From contig NC_043010.1 of the NCBI RefSeq assembly GCF_006345805.1, positions 23,932,001 to 23,996,000 on the forward strand: a stretch of DNA of 64,000 nt, read 5' to 3'. Every line of letters begins with the position of its first letter. Positions within the stretch are counted from its first letter, which is position 1. Positions 14,609-27,244 of the stretch are shown here, piece by piece. The notes under the pieces were generated by a model. It was not told where the DNA came from. It saw only the letters and a list, made by a program, of their open reading frames with translations, and did no database searches. The position numbers and the translations under genes were made by a program. Origin of the DNA: Octopus sinensis. Its lineage: Eukaryota.

Positions 14609-15794
14609 TTTTATATAGGTTTTCGAATAATATAAAGTTTTCAAATCAATTAATAACATCTTAGGGATGGTAAATATATAGATAAAGATGTAAATATGAA
14701 TCTTAGGAACATGAGGTCGTGCAGTTTAGATGTCAACTGACCAAAATCTTGTTTACAACTGACTGCTGTAAGAAAATTTCTTTAGTTATATGGATTGGGG
14801 TAAGGGTAGGTAAAGAAGTCAAGTTAGTTGAAGAAAAGAGGAGGAAAATTCAGGAAATGTAAAAGAACAGGTTGTCACTAGAACAATCGGTCAATCTATC
14901 TCTGTGGAGAAAAAAAAAATTTAGGTCGGTGTAGAAAGATCATTAAATTATTATGAACATATAAGGTAGTAGGTCAGCTACTAACTGACCAAAAACCTAC
15001 TTGCCACGGAGAGCCATCAGAATTTTTTTAGTAGGAATTTAGGTAAGGGGATGTGATAGAATACTGTAAAAGGGATTTATGTTAGTTACAGAAAAAAGGA
15101 AGAATTTAGAATACATAAAGGGAATTCAGATTGTCACTAGAACAAAAAGCCAGTTATTTTTATGTGGTGAGAAAAAACATCTAGGTCAATGTCGAGAGGT
15201 CAATTAAATTCTTTTACAAAGGATAGGGGGACAAACCCATCATTTAATTTATAGTAGGTATCATATTTTATAATTGGGGGAATAGTATTAAATATATAGA
15301 TTTGGAGAAAGATCAAAATTCAAGATTACAGTGAGGTTAATCTAGTCGACTATGAAAGTAAATTAAAGGTTAGTATAGTGTATCTCATATTATTATTATA
15401 TTAAAAATGTGTGTGTGCATACAGTGTTTAATTGTATTGATTATTGAACATGATCAATATTTCGTCATTAACATCAGTCGTATTTATCAAATTGATTGTT
15501 TACTTCAGAGATAAATTACTTCGATAAAAAGAATATGACAGGGAGAAGAAAGAAACGCGTTAGTAGCCAATAAATCAGCAGCACCTGTGCGGCGAACAAT
15601 AATTATCGGTTCAACATCATCACTATCAGCAGTATTGTTAACTTTTTCACATAAATGTAATCACTTACTTAACTAATGTATCACGTGATTTATATTTCCG
15701 GCCAATTTTGTTCTTTTATTTTCTGCATATGATACACGAAGGTACATGTGTGATTGTTTGCGTGTGTGTGTGTGTATGTGAGTGTGTGAATGCT

Positions 15795-15873
<79 letters not shown>

Positions 15874-15909
15874 TATATACTTCCATATAAGAACAAAAAG
15901 GTACGGCGC

Positions 15910-16537
<628 letters not shown>

Positions 16538-17089
16538 TATATATGTATGTATGTATGCATGTATATATATATTTATATACGTATATATACAATATGTCTG
16601 TGTGCGTTTGTATGTATATACGCATGTATATCTTTAGATATATGTGCATGTAGTGTATGTATACATGTATGGCTATATGGATGAACGGATGTATATGTAT
16701 ACAGAACTGTTAATGCCAGCAGGAAAAATAGAACTCAAATCTTGGGTAGACTGTATTATTTTAATCGTCAGAACTAATGCAAAGGAGCTCGGTCGTAGAG
16801 ACATTGAAACACTTCGGTCATAAATGGCCATGGAATTGCACCTACTACTGCTGCTGCTACTACTACTAACTACAACTACTACTACTACTAATACTAATAC
16901 TATTACTGCTGCTACTACTACTACTGCTACTACTAATACGAATACAAGTGTTGTTTGTGTCGACCAGCACTGGGCCCTGTATACCATCTTCTGCTCTCCA
17001 CAACACCGATGTTATCCAAAAGGAAAAGCAAAGTCCGATACAGCTTGGCACCAGAGATTTCGTAAATGATTTCTAGAGCTCAGTATATA

Positions 17090-17255
17090 TATGTTTCTCT
17101 CCGTGTTTCTTTTCTGTGTATCTTTCTGTTGAAGAGCGTAGGCTCGAAACGTAAAAGACTTGTTTTATTTATATTCCTGAGCGCCATACTAATACAATTG
17201 TTTGTTTGTACTTCACCTGCCTTCGTCTTTTGTTTATTTTCATAAAGCTTCCCGT

Positions 17256-17256
<1 letters not shown>
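17090..17256 (+). mobile_element. Solo PLE pLTR (family A) with near-consensus hammerhead
   Basis: Matches the 3' end of the PLE at 45490-45665 and 36890-37045. tcttt CTGTTGA A gagc-gtag-gctc GAAA cG TA aaaga (one core substitution). Confidence 0.8.
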
Positions 17257-17331
<75 letters not shown>

Positions 17332-17333
17332 TA

Positions 17334-17490
17334 GGAGAGGCTGTGAGGTAAGTAGCTTGCTTACCAATCACATTGTTCCGGGTTCAGTCCTACTGAGTGG
17401 CACCTTGGGCAAGTGTCTTGTACTATACCCTCGGTTGACCGATACCTTATGAGTGGATTTAGTAGACGGAAACTGAAAGAAGCCCGTGTG
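17334..17490 (+). mobile_element. tRNA-derived SINE 5' half (25962 family)
   Basis: ggctgtgaggtaagtagcttgct...ccgggttcagtcc...caccttgggcaagtgtctt...gaaactgaaagaagccc. Confidence 0.8.
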
Positions 17491-18097
17491 TATTTAATGC
17501 ATAGCATACATGTGATTGAAGTAAACGGTTGGTTGTTTCTTAGATAGACTTTAAGGAAAATCTTCATATTTTCGGAAGGTGAGTACTTTTTGCATCGTTA
17601 TTCATTCAAGGTTCCCAACGGATGTATAACAATTAGAATATCCGTAATCTCCGTTTCAGAACATTGCGGTATCCACTGTTTGTCGATGATTCCCTGCTTC
17701 TGGTCGATGACACCTTTGCATCACTCCGGCGACAACCCTCCAGCTAATGGCTCTGTTTGGGGATTGGCCGCTGGTGAACGTTTCATGAGGCCGGAGAGCG
17801 AATCCTGTCTCACCCTTATTTAGTTGCCTTTCGCGATTCGTACAAGAAACTTTGGGGCAATTCTTTCGAATGCCCGTCTCCCAGCAGCACATAGTATAGA
17901 GTCTGCGAAATATAAAGGAGGCAGTCATGTCTCGACGCATTTACCGACAGTCCTGTTGGATATGGAGTAAAGTGGTGCACAACGAGAAGACAGTTAACAG
18001 TTACAACACTGTAGCTTTCGATGAAAACTCATAGTTGCCCATTGATCTGCGGCAAATAGTAGCTACACCCACACCCTTGAAAACATAGTTTAGCTCA

Positions 18098-18371
18098 ATT
18101 CTATATTTAAGAGGTGAGGAATTATGTAAATTATTTACATTATTTACATTCAACGGATATTTGTCCTCATCTTGTTTCTTGTTAACACGACGATTCGGCA
18201 GATATACACTCCAGCCTTCTTCATGTGTCTTGGGGAAATTTCGAATCAGAATCCAGGTTCGAAATTTCCCCAAGACACCCGAATAAGGCTGGAGGGTATA
18301 TCAGCCGAAACGTTGTGTTAATAGCAAACAAGATGAGGACAAATATCCGTTGAATATAAATAATGTAAATA
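18098..18371. mobile_element. Palindromic (inverted pLTR) insertion with two degenerate hammerheads and 13-bp TSD
   Basis: ~18130-18245 is inverted at ~18258-18373. atagtttagctca is duplicated at 18085-18097 and 18372-18384. Each arm reads gacac NNGAANA a ggctg...c(a/t)gcc GAA(A/T) cgT(T/C) gtgtt. Confidence 0.8.
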
Positions 18372-18458
18372 ATAGTTTAGCTCATTAACAATTTGGTTAT
18401 TGTAATCTTAGATACAGTATTCTAAAAAGAAACGAGATGGCTGTGACAAGATAGCCCC

Positions 18459-18717
18459 ATGGCTATGTTTGTAAGAAGATTGCTTTCCTACCATATGGTT
18501 CTGGGTTTCAGTCTCACTGTGTGGTAATTTGGGCAATTGTCTTTAGCTATAGCCTCAGGCCAACCGAAGCCTTCTGAGTGGATTTGGTATTCAGAAACTG
18601 AAGGAAGCCCGACGTGTATACAAATATATATGTGCGTGCATGTGTGAGTGTGTGTGTGTGTATATGTATACATATATGTACGTGTTTGTGTGTCCATGTG
18701 TGTGTGTATGTGTGTGT

Positions 18718-18797
<80 letters not shown>

Positions 18798-18988
18798 GTC
18801 ACCACCGCTTGGCAAGAGCTGTTGGTATATTTACAACCCAAATAACGTAGCAGTCCAGCAAAATAGACCGATAAAATGATTGCCAGGCTTTACAAAAGTA
18901 AAAGTCGATTTATTCGAGTAAAAAAAAAATTTATTTAAGACGATGCCCCAGCATGGCCGCAGTCTAATGACTGAAACAAGTAAAAGAT
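18459..18988 (+). mobile_element. tRNA-derived SINE with internal (TG)n, 25962 family
   Basis: Head ggctatgtttgtaagaag..gggtttcagtc; tail gcatggccgcagtctaatgactgaaacaagtaaaaga. Confidence 0.8.
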
Positions 18989-18999
18989 CAAAAAGTAAA

Positions 19000-19565
19000 A
19001 GAACATAATAATCAGCAACGATAACAGAATAATAACGACTACGACAGCAGCAAGAATAGTGACCACAACAACAACAGCAACAACAACTACTACTACTACT
19101 AATAATAATAATAATAATACTAATACTATTACTGCTGCTACTACTAATACTAATACAAGTGCTGCTGCTATAACTACTACTAATACTACTGCTGCTGCTA
19201 CTACTGCTACTACTACTACTACTACTACTACTAATGCTAGTGCTGCTGCTGCTACTACCACTACTACAACTACTAGTACTGCTGCTGGTGCTACTACTAC
19301 TACTAATAATAATACTACTGCTACTAATACTAATACTGCTGCTGCTACTACTACTAACTACAACTACTACTACTACTAATACTACTACTATTACTGCTGC
19401 TACTACTACTACTACTACTGCTACTACTAATACTAATACAAGTGCTGCTGCTACTACTGCTACTAATACTAGTGCTGCTGCTACTACTGCTACTACTGCT
19501 ACTACTGCTACTACTACTCCTACTACTACACTACTACTACTACTACTACATCTACTACTACTAAT
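19000..19565. repeat. Compound (CTA)/(CTG)/(TAA) trinucleotide repeat
   Basis: Direct reading. Confidence 0.9.
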
Positions 19566-19606
19566 GCACCAACAACACTAGCACTTGGAACAACTGATGT
19601 CAATTT

Positions 19607-19736
19607 TCAGCAAGAACATAAGAACGTGTTGCCAAGAACCGTTTGAACCTGGTCGTTGTATTGACATGATGTGGTTCTTCTCTTAGAAATGGTCGAACTA
19701 ATATCGAAGTATTGATCTCGTTCGTAAAATCTCTTG
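19607..19736 (-). CDS. Possible terminal coding exon ending in CSC-stop (unidentified)
   Basis: Non-repetitive stretch with an AG at 19738-19737 (weak pyrimidine tract). Frame KRFYERDQYFDISSTISKRRTTSCQYNDQVQTVLGNTFLCSC*. No other exon identified. Confidence 0.15.
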
Positions 19737-19826
19737 CTACATGACAATATTATTATAAAGTGGTAGATAGAAATTTCAATGATTGGATGTACATTTATAT
19801 CTGCAATGGCGTCCAATATGCATAGG

Positions 19827-19871
<45 letters not shown>

Positions 19872-20118
19872 ATGAATGGGGTTTCTATGTCGTTTCGGAG
19901 TAGGAGGATGACAGAGAGTAGAAGAAGGCTGCAAAATGAGAGAAAGATAGAAAGAAAGAAAGAAAGAAAGTCAAAAAGAGAGACAGACAAAGTGAATATT
20001 TGAATTTCTTAGTACGTAAGTGAATATGCGTGTGCGCATGTGTATGCGCTTGTATGTTACTCTATAAGTTAATGAGCACTCTTTGTTTTTGTATATATAT
20101 GTATGTACATATATATGC

Positions 20119-20154
<36 letters not shown>

Positions 20155-20194
20155 TACTATATATATATATACACATTCAAAATGTGACCGTTGG

Positions 20195-20363
20195 CAATTT
20201 TTTCCTCCGTCTTCCCTTCTTTGAATCTTTCCTTTTCCTATGTTTCTGACGAAGAGCTCCGCCCGAAACGGTAAACCCCCCTTCTTTCCTGAGCGTCCAA
20301 TAATACTATATTGTTCCACGTCCTCGCTTTGTTGTGTTTTCTTTGTGTTTTCATGTTTAGATT
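20195..20363 (+). mobile_element. Solo PLE pLTR (family B) with hammerhead-like motif
   Basis: gttt CTGACGA A gagc-tcc-gccc GAAA cggt aaac at 20242-20276. Homologous to 14140-14322. Confidence 0.65.
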
Positions 20364-20460
20364 AGCTCTCTCTCTTCTCTCTCTCTCTCTCTCGCTCTCC
20401 CTCTCTCTCCCTCTCTCCCTTCCTCTCTTCTCTCTCTCTATATATATATATATATATGTA

Positions 20461-20521
<61 letters not shown>

Positions 20522-20522
<1 letters not shown>

Positions 20523-21814
20523 GAGGGGCGTTCAATAAGTAATGCCCCTGACCCACTTCCCATTGCAGTAGAGCAACGAAACTTGGCACAGTTATTAGTC
20601 TTTTTCTACATAGGAAGCACCCAGAGTTACGCATTTCTCCCATCGTTTGATGCGGCTCTGGAGACCGTTTTTGTAGAAGGACCCAGCTTGGTCCTCCAAC
20701 CTCAACGTGACTTCAGAAATCAAGGCTGCATCATCTGGGAAACGCTTTCCTTTCAAAAACAACTTCATGATTGGGAAGAGGTGAAAATCAGAGGGTGTAA
20801 GGTCGGGAAAGTATGGGGGATGGGGAGGAGTTCATAGCCATACGCCTGTGCTTCTGATCTGGCGACAAGCGAGTTGTGGACCGGAGCCTTGTCCTGCAGG
20901 AGGAGGATGCCTTTGCTGATCTTGCCCCGCCTCTTGATTTTGATAACTTCTCTTAATTTCCTCAAAAGTGAAGCATAATAGGCTCCTGCAATTGTGGTAC
21001 CCTTTGCCAGGAAATCTGGCATCACTACTCCGTCCTGGTCCCAGAAGACTGTGAGCATGACCTTGCCAGTGGAGGGCTGCACCCTTGCCTTCTTTGGAGG
21101 GGGTGAGTCACGGTGCTTCCACTGCATTAACTGGGATTTGGTCTCTGGATCATAGTGATGGACCCAGGTTTCATCCTGTGTAATCAGTCTTTTGAAAAAT
21201 TTTGACTCATCTTCTTGGCACATCTCCAAATTCACCCTCGAGCACTCAACGCGTTCTTGCTTCTGGAAAGGCGTGGGCAACCTGGGAATCCATCTGGCAG
21301 ACACCTTTTGCATATGCAAATGGTCATGAATGATAGTTTCCACAGACCCGGTACTAATCTTGACCTCATAGGCTATTTGGTAAATAATTATGCGTCGATC
21401 TTCCAAAATGGCAGCCTCAACTTGACGGACAGATGCCTCATCAATGGCAGAAGGGGGCGACCAGATCTGGGAGCTGTTTCCACAGAGTTCCGACCATGTT
21501 TGAATTCACGATGCCAGCGTTTTACAAGGTCATATGATGGGGCATCATCACCATAAGTTACTTTCATTTCATCAAAAGTCTCCCGTGGTGTGCGTCCTTT
21601 CAAATACAAAAACCGGATCACTGCTCGACACTCAACAGGCTCCATTTCACACTTGACTCGGTTCAAACACCTGTAAATCAGAAACCACAATTAATTCAGA
21701 GCTGTAATTTGCCACTTACTCTATAGAGATATCAATGATTACACATGCAAAATCAAACAACTAGATCAAACAACTGCAAGTGCGTCAGAGGCATTACTTA
21801 TTGAACGTCCCTCG
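20522..21814 (-). mobile_element. Mariner (DD34D) DNA transposon, full length, defective; same family as 12245
   Basis: Same TIRs with TA flanks. ORFs 21388-21690 (HTH region) and 20765-21406 with WIPRL, TQDETWVHHYDPETK, GKVMLTVFWD, QDKAPVH. The YSPDL region is frameshifted. Confidence 0.95.
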
Positions 21815-21931
21815 TATATATATAAATTTAAATAATAACGGTGAGAAATTGAATATTTATTTGATTAATATCAATTTTAAACCAGTGGCTTAGCATATTG
21901 AAGACTCTGAAGATTCAGAAAAATTATATTA

Positions 21932-22205
21932 CATACATATAAGTGGGATGACCACTAAGTGGACATCTATTATCCTAGATGTAGATCCCATATGGTCTGA
22001 CCTCTAAGAAAAGATTGTTCTCAAGAAAATTCAGCAAATGCCAGAACGCAAGCGAGCAAGACAAATGAAAAGATGCAAAATATAGTTGCCCATTGGTCTG
22101 CTGAACTTTCTTCAGAACCATCTTTTCTTAGAGGTCAGACCATATGGGGGTCAACCTCTAGTATAATGGATGTCCACTTAGTAGTCATCCTTCTTATATG
22201 TACAT
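21932..22205. mobile_element. Fold-back/MITE-like element
   Basis: ~21932-22036 is inverted at ~22100-22205 (gatgaccactaagtggacatc...catatggtctgacctctaagaaaagat). Confidence 0.7.
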
Positions 22206-22254
22206 ATATACACATATATATATATATATATAAGTATATATATAAATAGTCATC

Positions 22255-22408
22255 ACCAAGCTAACATGGCAGTCCAGGAAAATAGGACGAATGCCGCCGT
22301 TGATTAGCTCCAAGAGGCCATCGCCTCTAGCTAGCTATGTGACACACGAGCCTGTGTCCATTACAACCTTCGAACATGTTTACACAGGAACATCGGTTAT
22401 CTAGCGAT
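22255..22408 (-). mobile_element. Fragment related to the 35938-36364 unit
   Basis: agctccaagaggccatcgcc...tagctat..acacga...tccattacaaccttcgaaca aligns with 36064-36133. Confidence 0.55.
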
Positions 22409-22458
22409 TGAGGGGAGAGAAACACAGACACACAAATACACACGCATACATACATACA

Positions 22459-22537
<79 letters not shown>

Positions 22538-22539
<2 letters not shown>

Positions 22540-22692
22540 CGACGGGCTTCTTTCAGTTTCCGTCAAACCAATTCCAGTCACAAGGCTTTGGTCGGCCCGA
22601 GGATATTGTAGAAAACATTTCCCCAAGGTGCCATGCAGTGGAACTGAACCCGGAACCATGTGTTTAGAAAGCTAGCTTCTTACCCACACTCC
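22538..22692 (-). mobile_element. tRNA-derived SINE 5' half (25962 family)
   Basis: Reverse complement of the family head and body (gacgggcttctttcagtttccgtc...gaacccggaaccatgtg on +). Confidence 0.8.
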
Positions 22693-24077
22693 TATATAAA
22701 TATATATATAGACACACATACACACAGAATTACAAAAGTGATTCTAATTGTTTTATGCTTTGGGATAAATTAAATTGGCAGGTTTGTATAGCATGCCTTG
22801 TTTCTCCGAGCAATCTTTCAAGCTCGGTACGTAGCGTTAAATATATTAAAAACAAAACCAGGACGCTGGTATATCTTTTTCATATTTTACTTGATTTGGT
22901 TAACTTCCAACCATTCCGGGTTATCACCTCGAGAAATTTTCATCACACGAATCGACATCGTTTTTATTTTAAGCTTTTTCTAGAAGGTTCTTTTACCGAA
23001 CGGCTATGATATGGGCTCCTAAACACGCCAACGCCGATTGACAGATGGTGTGTCTCACAAACAAACACAAAGACACATACAGACACACACACAGACATAT
23101 CAATATATACGTCAAGCTTCTTCAAGTTCCCATCAACTAAATCCACATGTACACTGTCATCGGCTTTTCTAGATATTATCATAAAGTATATAGAGTTATA
23201 ATTATCTGTAAACAATTATGAGAATGTGTACACTGTTATGAATAAATCAACGTTTGCAGATTTTTATCACTGTGTATTATATTTGCTGTGTACACTACAG
23301 TCGATGTGTGTTCACCGTTGTCTGAGTGTGTTACCTGCCACGAGGATACTGTTATCAGAATCAGTACACATCTGTATGACTACACTGCTATTTATATGTA
23401 CACTGTATTCATGGACCCAGAGAGAGGGGGTACAGGGTGTGTAAGTGCACCTCCTAAAATTTTCGTAGGGTGTGAAATCCAAATGTGCACCCTTTCTTGA
23501 TTTTGTCAGGTTTATAAAACAGTGCGTAAAAATTGATTTGTAAAAAGTAGCTTGAAGTTAGTTTTCTTCTCAAAGAACCGAGAACAAAAATAAATAAAAA
23601 GAAAATAATAAGACCTTGTTTGTAAAAATTTCGCCCTGGGTTTGCAACCCCTAAAAAAATTTTGTTCCCAAGCGAGTAATTGCATTATCAGTATATTTAT
23701 ACTATGTGTACTGTTATCAGTATGTGACCCTCGTTGCGAGTACATTATTGGAATAGGCTCAGAGCTGTAAGCATACATCTTTGTGTTATAAGAAATTAAA
23801 ATGACAAGAAAATAAGAAAATTATGTAATGCACTTCCTCAGCTTACAGTTGTTTCTGCTATGAAATGTAATGGACTCATAGTCGAATGTTTGTGTATGAC
23901 TGTATTGTTTCATCGGAGCTTCAAAAATGAAGTACACTGTTATCTGTATATTTACATACTTACTAAATTATGTGTATATTAGTGCGTGTATAATGTTATA
24001 AATATCAATGCACTTACTATTAACAATAAGCGTTCATAGTAAGTCTACACACGCTGTTACGGATACGGTGACCTTTT

Positions 24078-24180
24078 TTATCACCACGTGTTGATATTTA
24101 TCACAATGTGGATACCATTATCACAGCCTGTACACTATTTTCACCACGTGGATTCAATTATCACCACGTGGATGTTACCA
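24078..24180 (+). repeat. 20-bp minisatellite x5 (ttatcaccacgtg...)
   Basis: Units ttatcaccacgtgttgatat, ttatcacaatgtggatacca, ttatcacagcctgtacacta, ttttcaccacgtggattcaa, ttatcaccacgtggatgtta. Confidence 0.75.
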
Positions 24181-25476
24181 TCTCCACTGTTATTTATTGC
24201 TGATCAAGCTAACTTGCAGAGGTTTGTATTTAATCAGATATTTTGTTTGTTTTTAGCAAATATAGGTTTGTATTTAGCAAGATATTTCAAAGAAACTCAG
24301 CACAAACAGATAATACAAAATGCATCACAGAATCTCTTCGTAGGTGGATTGTATTACACATGCGAGAGTAACACTCTCATATTCTCTGTATCTGTATGGA
24401 TGAAGGAGAGATTAAAAAAATAAATGAAATAAAAGACAGCTAAAAAAATATTTTTTGAAGAATGCCGAAAGTGATTAAGAAATAAAATGACAATTTTAGG
24501 AAGGACGACTTGATTTCTTGTAAATTGACTTAATAAAATATTTAAAGAAAATACTTGACTAATCAACTGAGAAATGTTTCGTCTCATTAGCATTATTTTT
24601 TATAGGTCTTTTACAACAGGTAATTATAATCAATACCTCCACCTCAACTCTACCAGACATACACAAAAATATAAACAGATTAATAACAACGGCTTGTGAT
24701 AGGAAGTGCTTAAGGTAGATTGTTTTATAATGTATTAGTGCAAACTCTCCTTCCATCTGTAATTGAAACAACACGTGATAGACTGCAAGAAGATTTTTGT
24801 AAACAGGAGAATAATAATAAATAAATAAAATGAAGACAAAAATAAATTTGTTGAATATTTTATTTACAATTTTAATGAATGTTTGTTTCAGTGAAAAACA
24901 AAACAAAACGAAGAGGAAAAAAAGAAAAAAGAAAAAGAAAAAACATTTTGAAATGCGAAGAAAACACTTCTAGCAAATGTTGTGTGCTTGAATGAGAACA
25001 AAACATAAGTCATTTTGTATTGTCAGAATTTTTTTCTTTTCGTTTTGAATCTAGATTTATATTTTACTGTAAATAATTTAGTTCCATGATTGAAAAATTA
25101 GCTCCGTGTTTATTAAACAAAAAATTAGTGTAATTAATGTTTTCAGTTGTAATCATCTGGCAGCCATTACTCTTCCGCTATATTTATTTGTTGTCCAAAC
25201 TAATTCGCGCTGTACTAACATTTAATACACTGCATCTATTATATATGAGTACACCATATGTAGTATCGAATGATGTGCTTCTTTTGGATCAATATGGCAG
25301 CCAGATCTCAAACGTGTTACATTACTAAAATGCTGATCACGCGATACTGAGTATTAAGTATAAAACGTACAGGACCAAAAGAATGGCTAGAAATAGAAGC
25401 CAAATTACCCTCGAAACACATTCTACTTGTCCAGAGCAAAAAGATATAAAAGAAAACATTAATAAAAAAAACAGGC

Positions 25477-26356
25477 ATAGGCGTGACTGCGCGGCAAAGA
25501 TGTTTGTTTATCGAACCAATGGCTTTAGGCTCAGTCCCATTGCACAGCACCTTGTGCAGTTGCCCCGGGGCGACCATAGCCTTATGAGTGGATTTGGTAG
25601 ACGGAAGTTGAAAGGAGACCGCCATATATATTATATCTGTGTATAAGTGTGATTTAAGATTATAACATATGTACACAAAGCCTTGTCAGTGAACTTGGCA
25701 GATGGAAACTGAAAGAAGCCCATCGTATATACATGTATATAAGTATGTGTCTTTGTGTCTGTGTTTGTCCTCCCACCATCACTTCACAAGCCATGTAGGT
25801 GTGTTTACGTCCCCGTAACTTAGCGACTCGGTAAAAGAGACCGATAGGATAAGTAATAAGTTTACAATAAATAAATCCTAGGGTCGATTTATTCGACTAA
25901 AAGAAGGTGCTACAGCATGGCCCCAGTCAAATGATTGTAACAATTAAGAGAATAAAAGAATCTGTGTGGTAAGTAGCTTGCTTGCCAACCACATGGTTCC
26001 GGGTTCAGTCACACTGCGTGGCACCTTATACAAATATCTTCTACTATAGCCTCGGGCCCACCAAAGCCTTGTGAGTGGATTTGGCAGACGGAAACTGAAA
26101 GAAGCCCATCGCATATAGATATGTGTGTGTGTGTGTGTGTGTGAGTGTGCGTGTGTATGTTTGTGTGTGTGTATTTGTTCCCCAACTTCATTCGACAACT
26201 GATACTGGTGTGTTTACGTCCCCGTAAGCTAGTGGTTCAGCAAGAGACCGATAGAATAAGGACTGGGCTGACAAAGAATAAGTCTTGGATCGATTTGCTT
26301 GACTAAAAGGCTGTGCCCCGGCATGGCCGCAGTCAAATGACTGAAACAAGTAAAGA
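25477..26356 (+). mobile_element. Head-to-tail cluster of three tRNA-derived SINE copies
   Basis: Copies at ~25477-25630, 25676-25950 and 25962-26356. B-box-like gggttcagtc and shared tail gcatggcc..cagtcaaatga.tg.aacaa. Confidence 0.85.
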
Positions 26357-26375
26357 ATATATATGTATGTATAAA

Positions 26376-26713
26376 AGGGTAAAGACCCCCTTCGGTCATG
26401 AATGACCATGGGATTGCACCTAGAAAGTTACTCTCCTAGACACAAGTCCGGGCAAGGTTGTTTATGGAAGACCAGCAGTCGCCCATGCATACCAGCCTCC
26501 CCTCTCCACGCCACCAGTGTTATCCAAGGGAAAGACAAAGGTCGATACAGCTTGGCACCAGTGACGTCGCAACTCATTTCTACAGCTGAGTGAACTGGAG
26601 CAACGTGAAATAAAGTGCCTTGCTCGAGAACACAACACGCAGCCCGGTCCGGGATTCGAGCTCACAACCTCACGATCATAAGCTCGACGCTCTAACCACT
26701 GAGCCATGCGCCT
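26376..26713 (-). mobile_element. tRNA-derived SINE, second family
   Basis: Minus strand: ggcgcaTGGCTCAGTGG (A box) ... GAGCTCGAATCCC (B box), then body and tail ...gaccgaagggggtctttaccc. A partial copy lies at ~16975-17053. Confidence 0.9.
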
Positions 26714-27244
26714 TCTGACAGAAAATATCAAAGCTTTGATTGTTTAGTTCTACCACATGACTTGTTCTGTCAACCTTGTCAGCCTTAACTTACGACGCTA
26801 AACATTATCATTTAACATTAACACATTGTTACTTGATATTAACACACGAACGTAGCGGGGCAATCTACAAAAAATTCTAAGACTAGTCATATGACTATCC
26901 TCTACCAATCAAATCTTATTCAAAACACACTAATTTGAGCCAAGAAGTCACTATAAAAATAGGGCAAGCCTCAAATACTATTCAGAAGCGCAACAGCTCC
27001 GACATAAACCACGTCTTTCTATTTCAAATTTTTGAAAATCATTGTAAGCTAGAAACTGGTGAAATCTTTAAACACAATTAAAAATATGACAGTAATAATA
27101 ATTAAATCTAATAATATAAATAATTAACTACTCTCTTTTCCTATATTTCTACCCGGTGTGGAATAAAATAAGTTTGATTTCTATTCATACACAGAAAGAC
27201 AGATAGACACTCACACACATACACACACACATATAAAATGAAAC

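Noticed and set aside
17540-18000. Complex-sequence ORFs (17590-17823, 17656-17940; similarly 9617-10297)
   Set aside because: No recognisable motif and no consistent open frame; probably decayed retroelement sequence that cannot be assigned by eye.
24078-24180. Short regularly spaced repeats suggesting a CRISPR array
   Set aside because: 20-bp period with degenerate units, no real spacers and no cas genes, in a eukaryotic context.
26640-26713. tRNA-like sequences here and at 60086-60160
   Set aside because: A and B boxes are present but there is no acceptor stem, and the sequences continue into SINE bodies. They are not tRNA genes.
26826-26888. Helitron-like 3' end (cgtagcggggc...ctagt)
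   Set aside because: No convincing hairpin at the right distance from CTAG and no 5' end identified.
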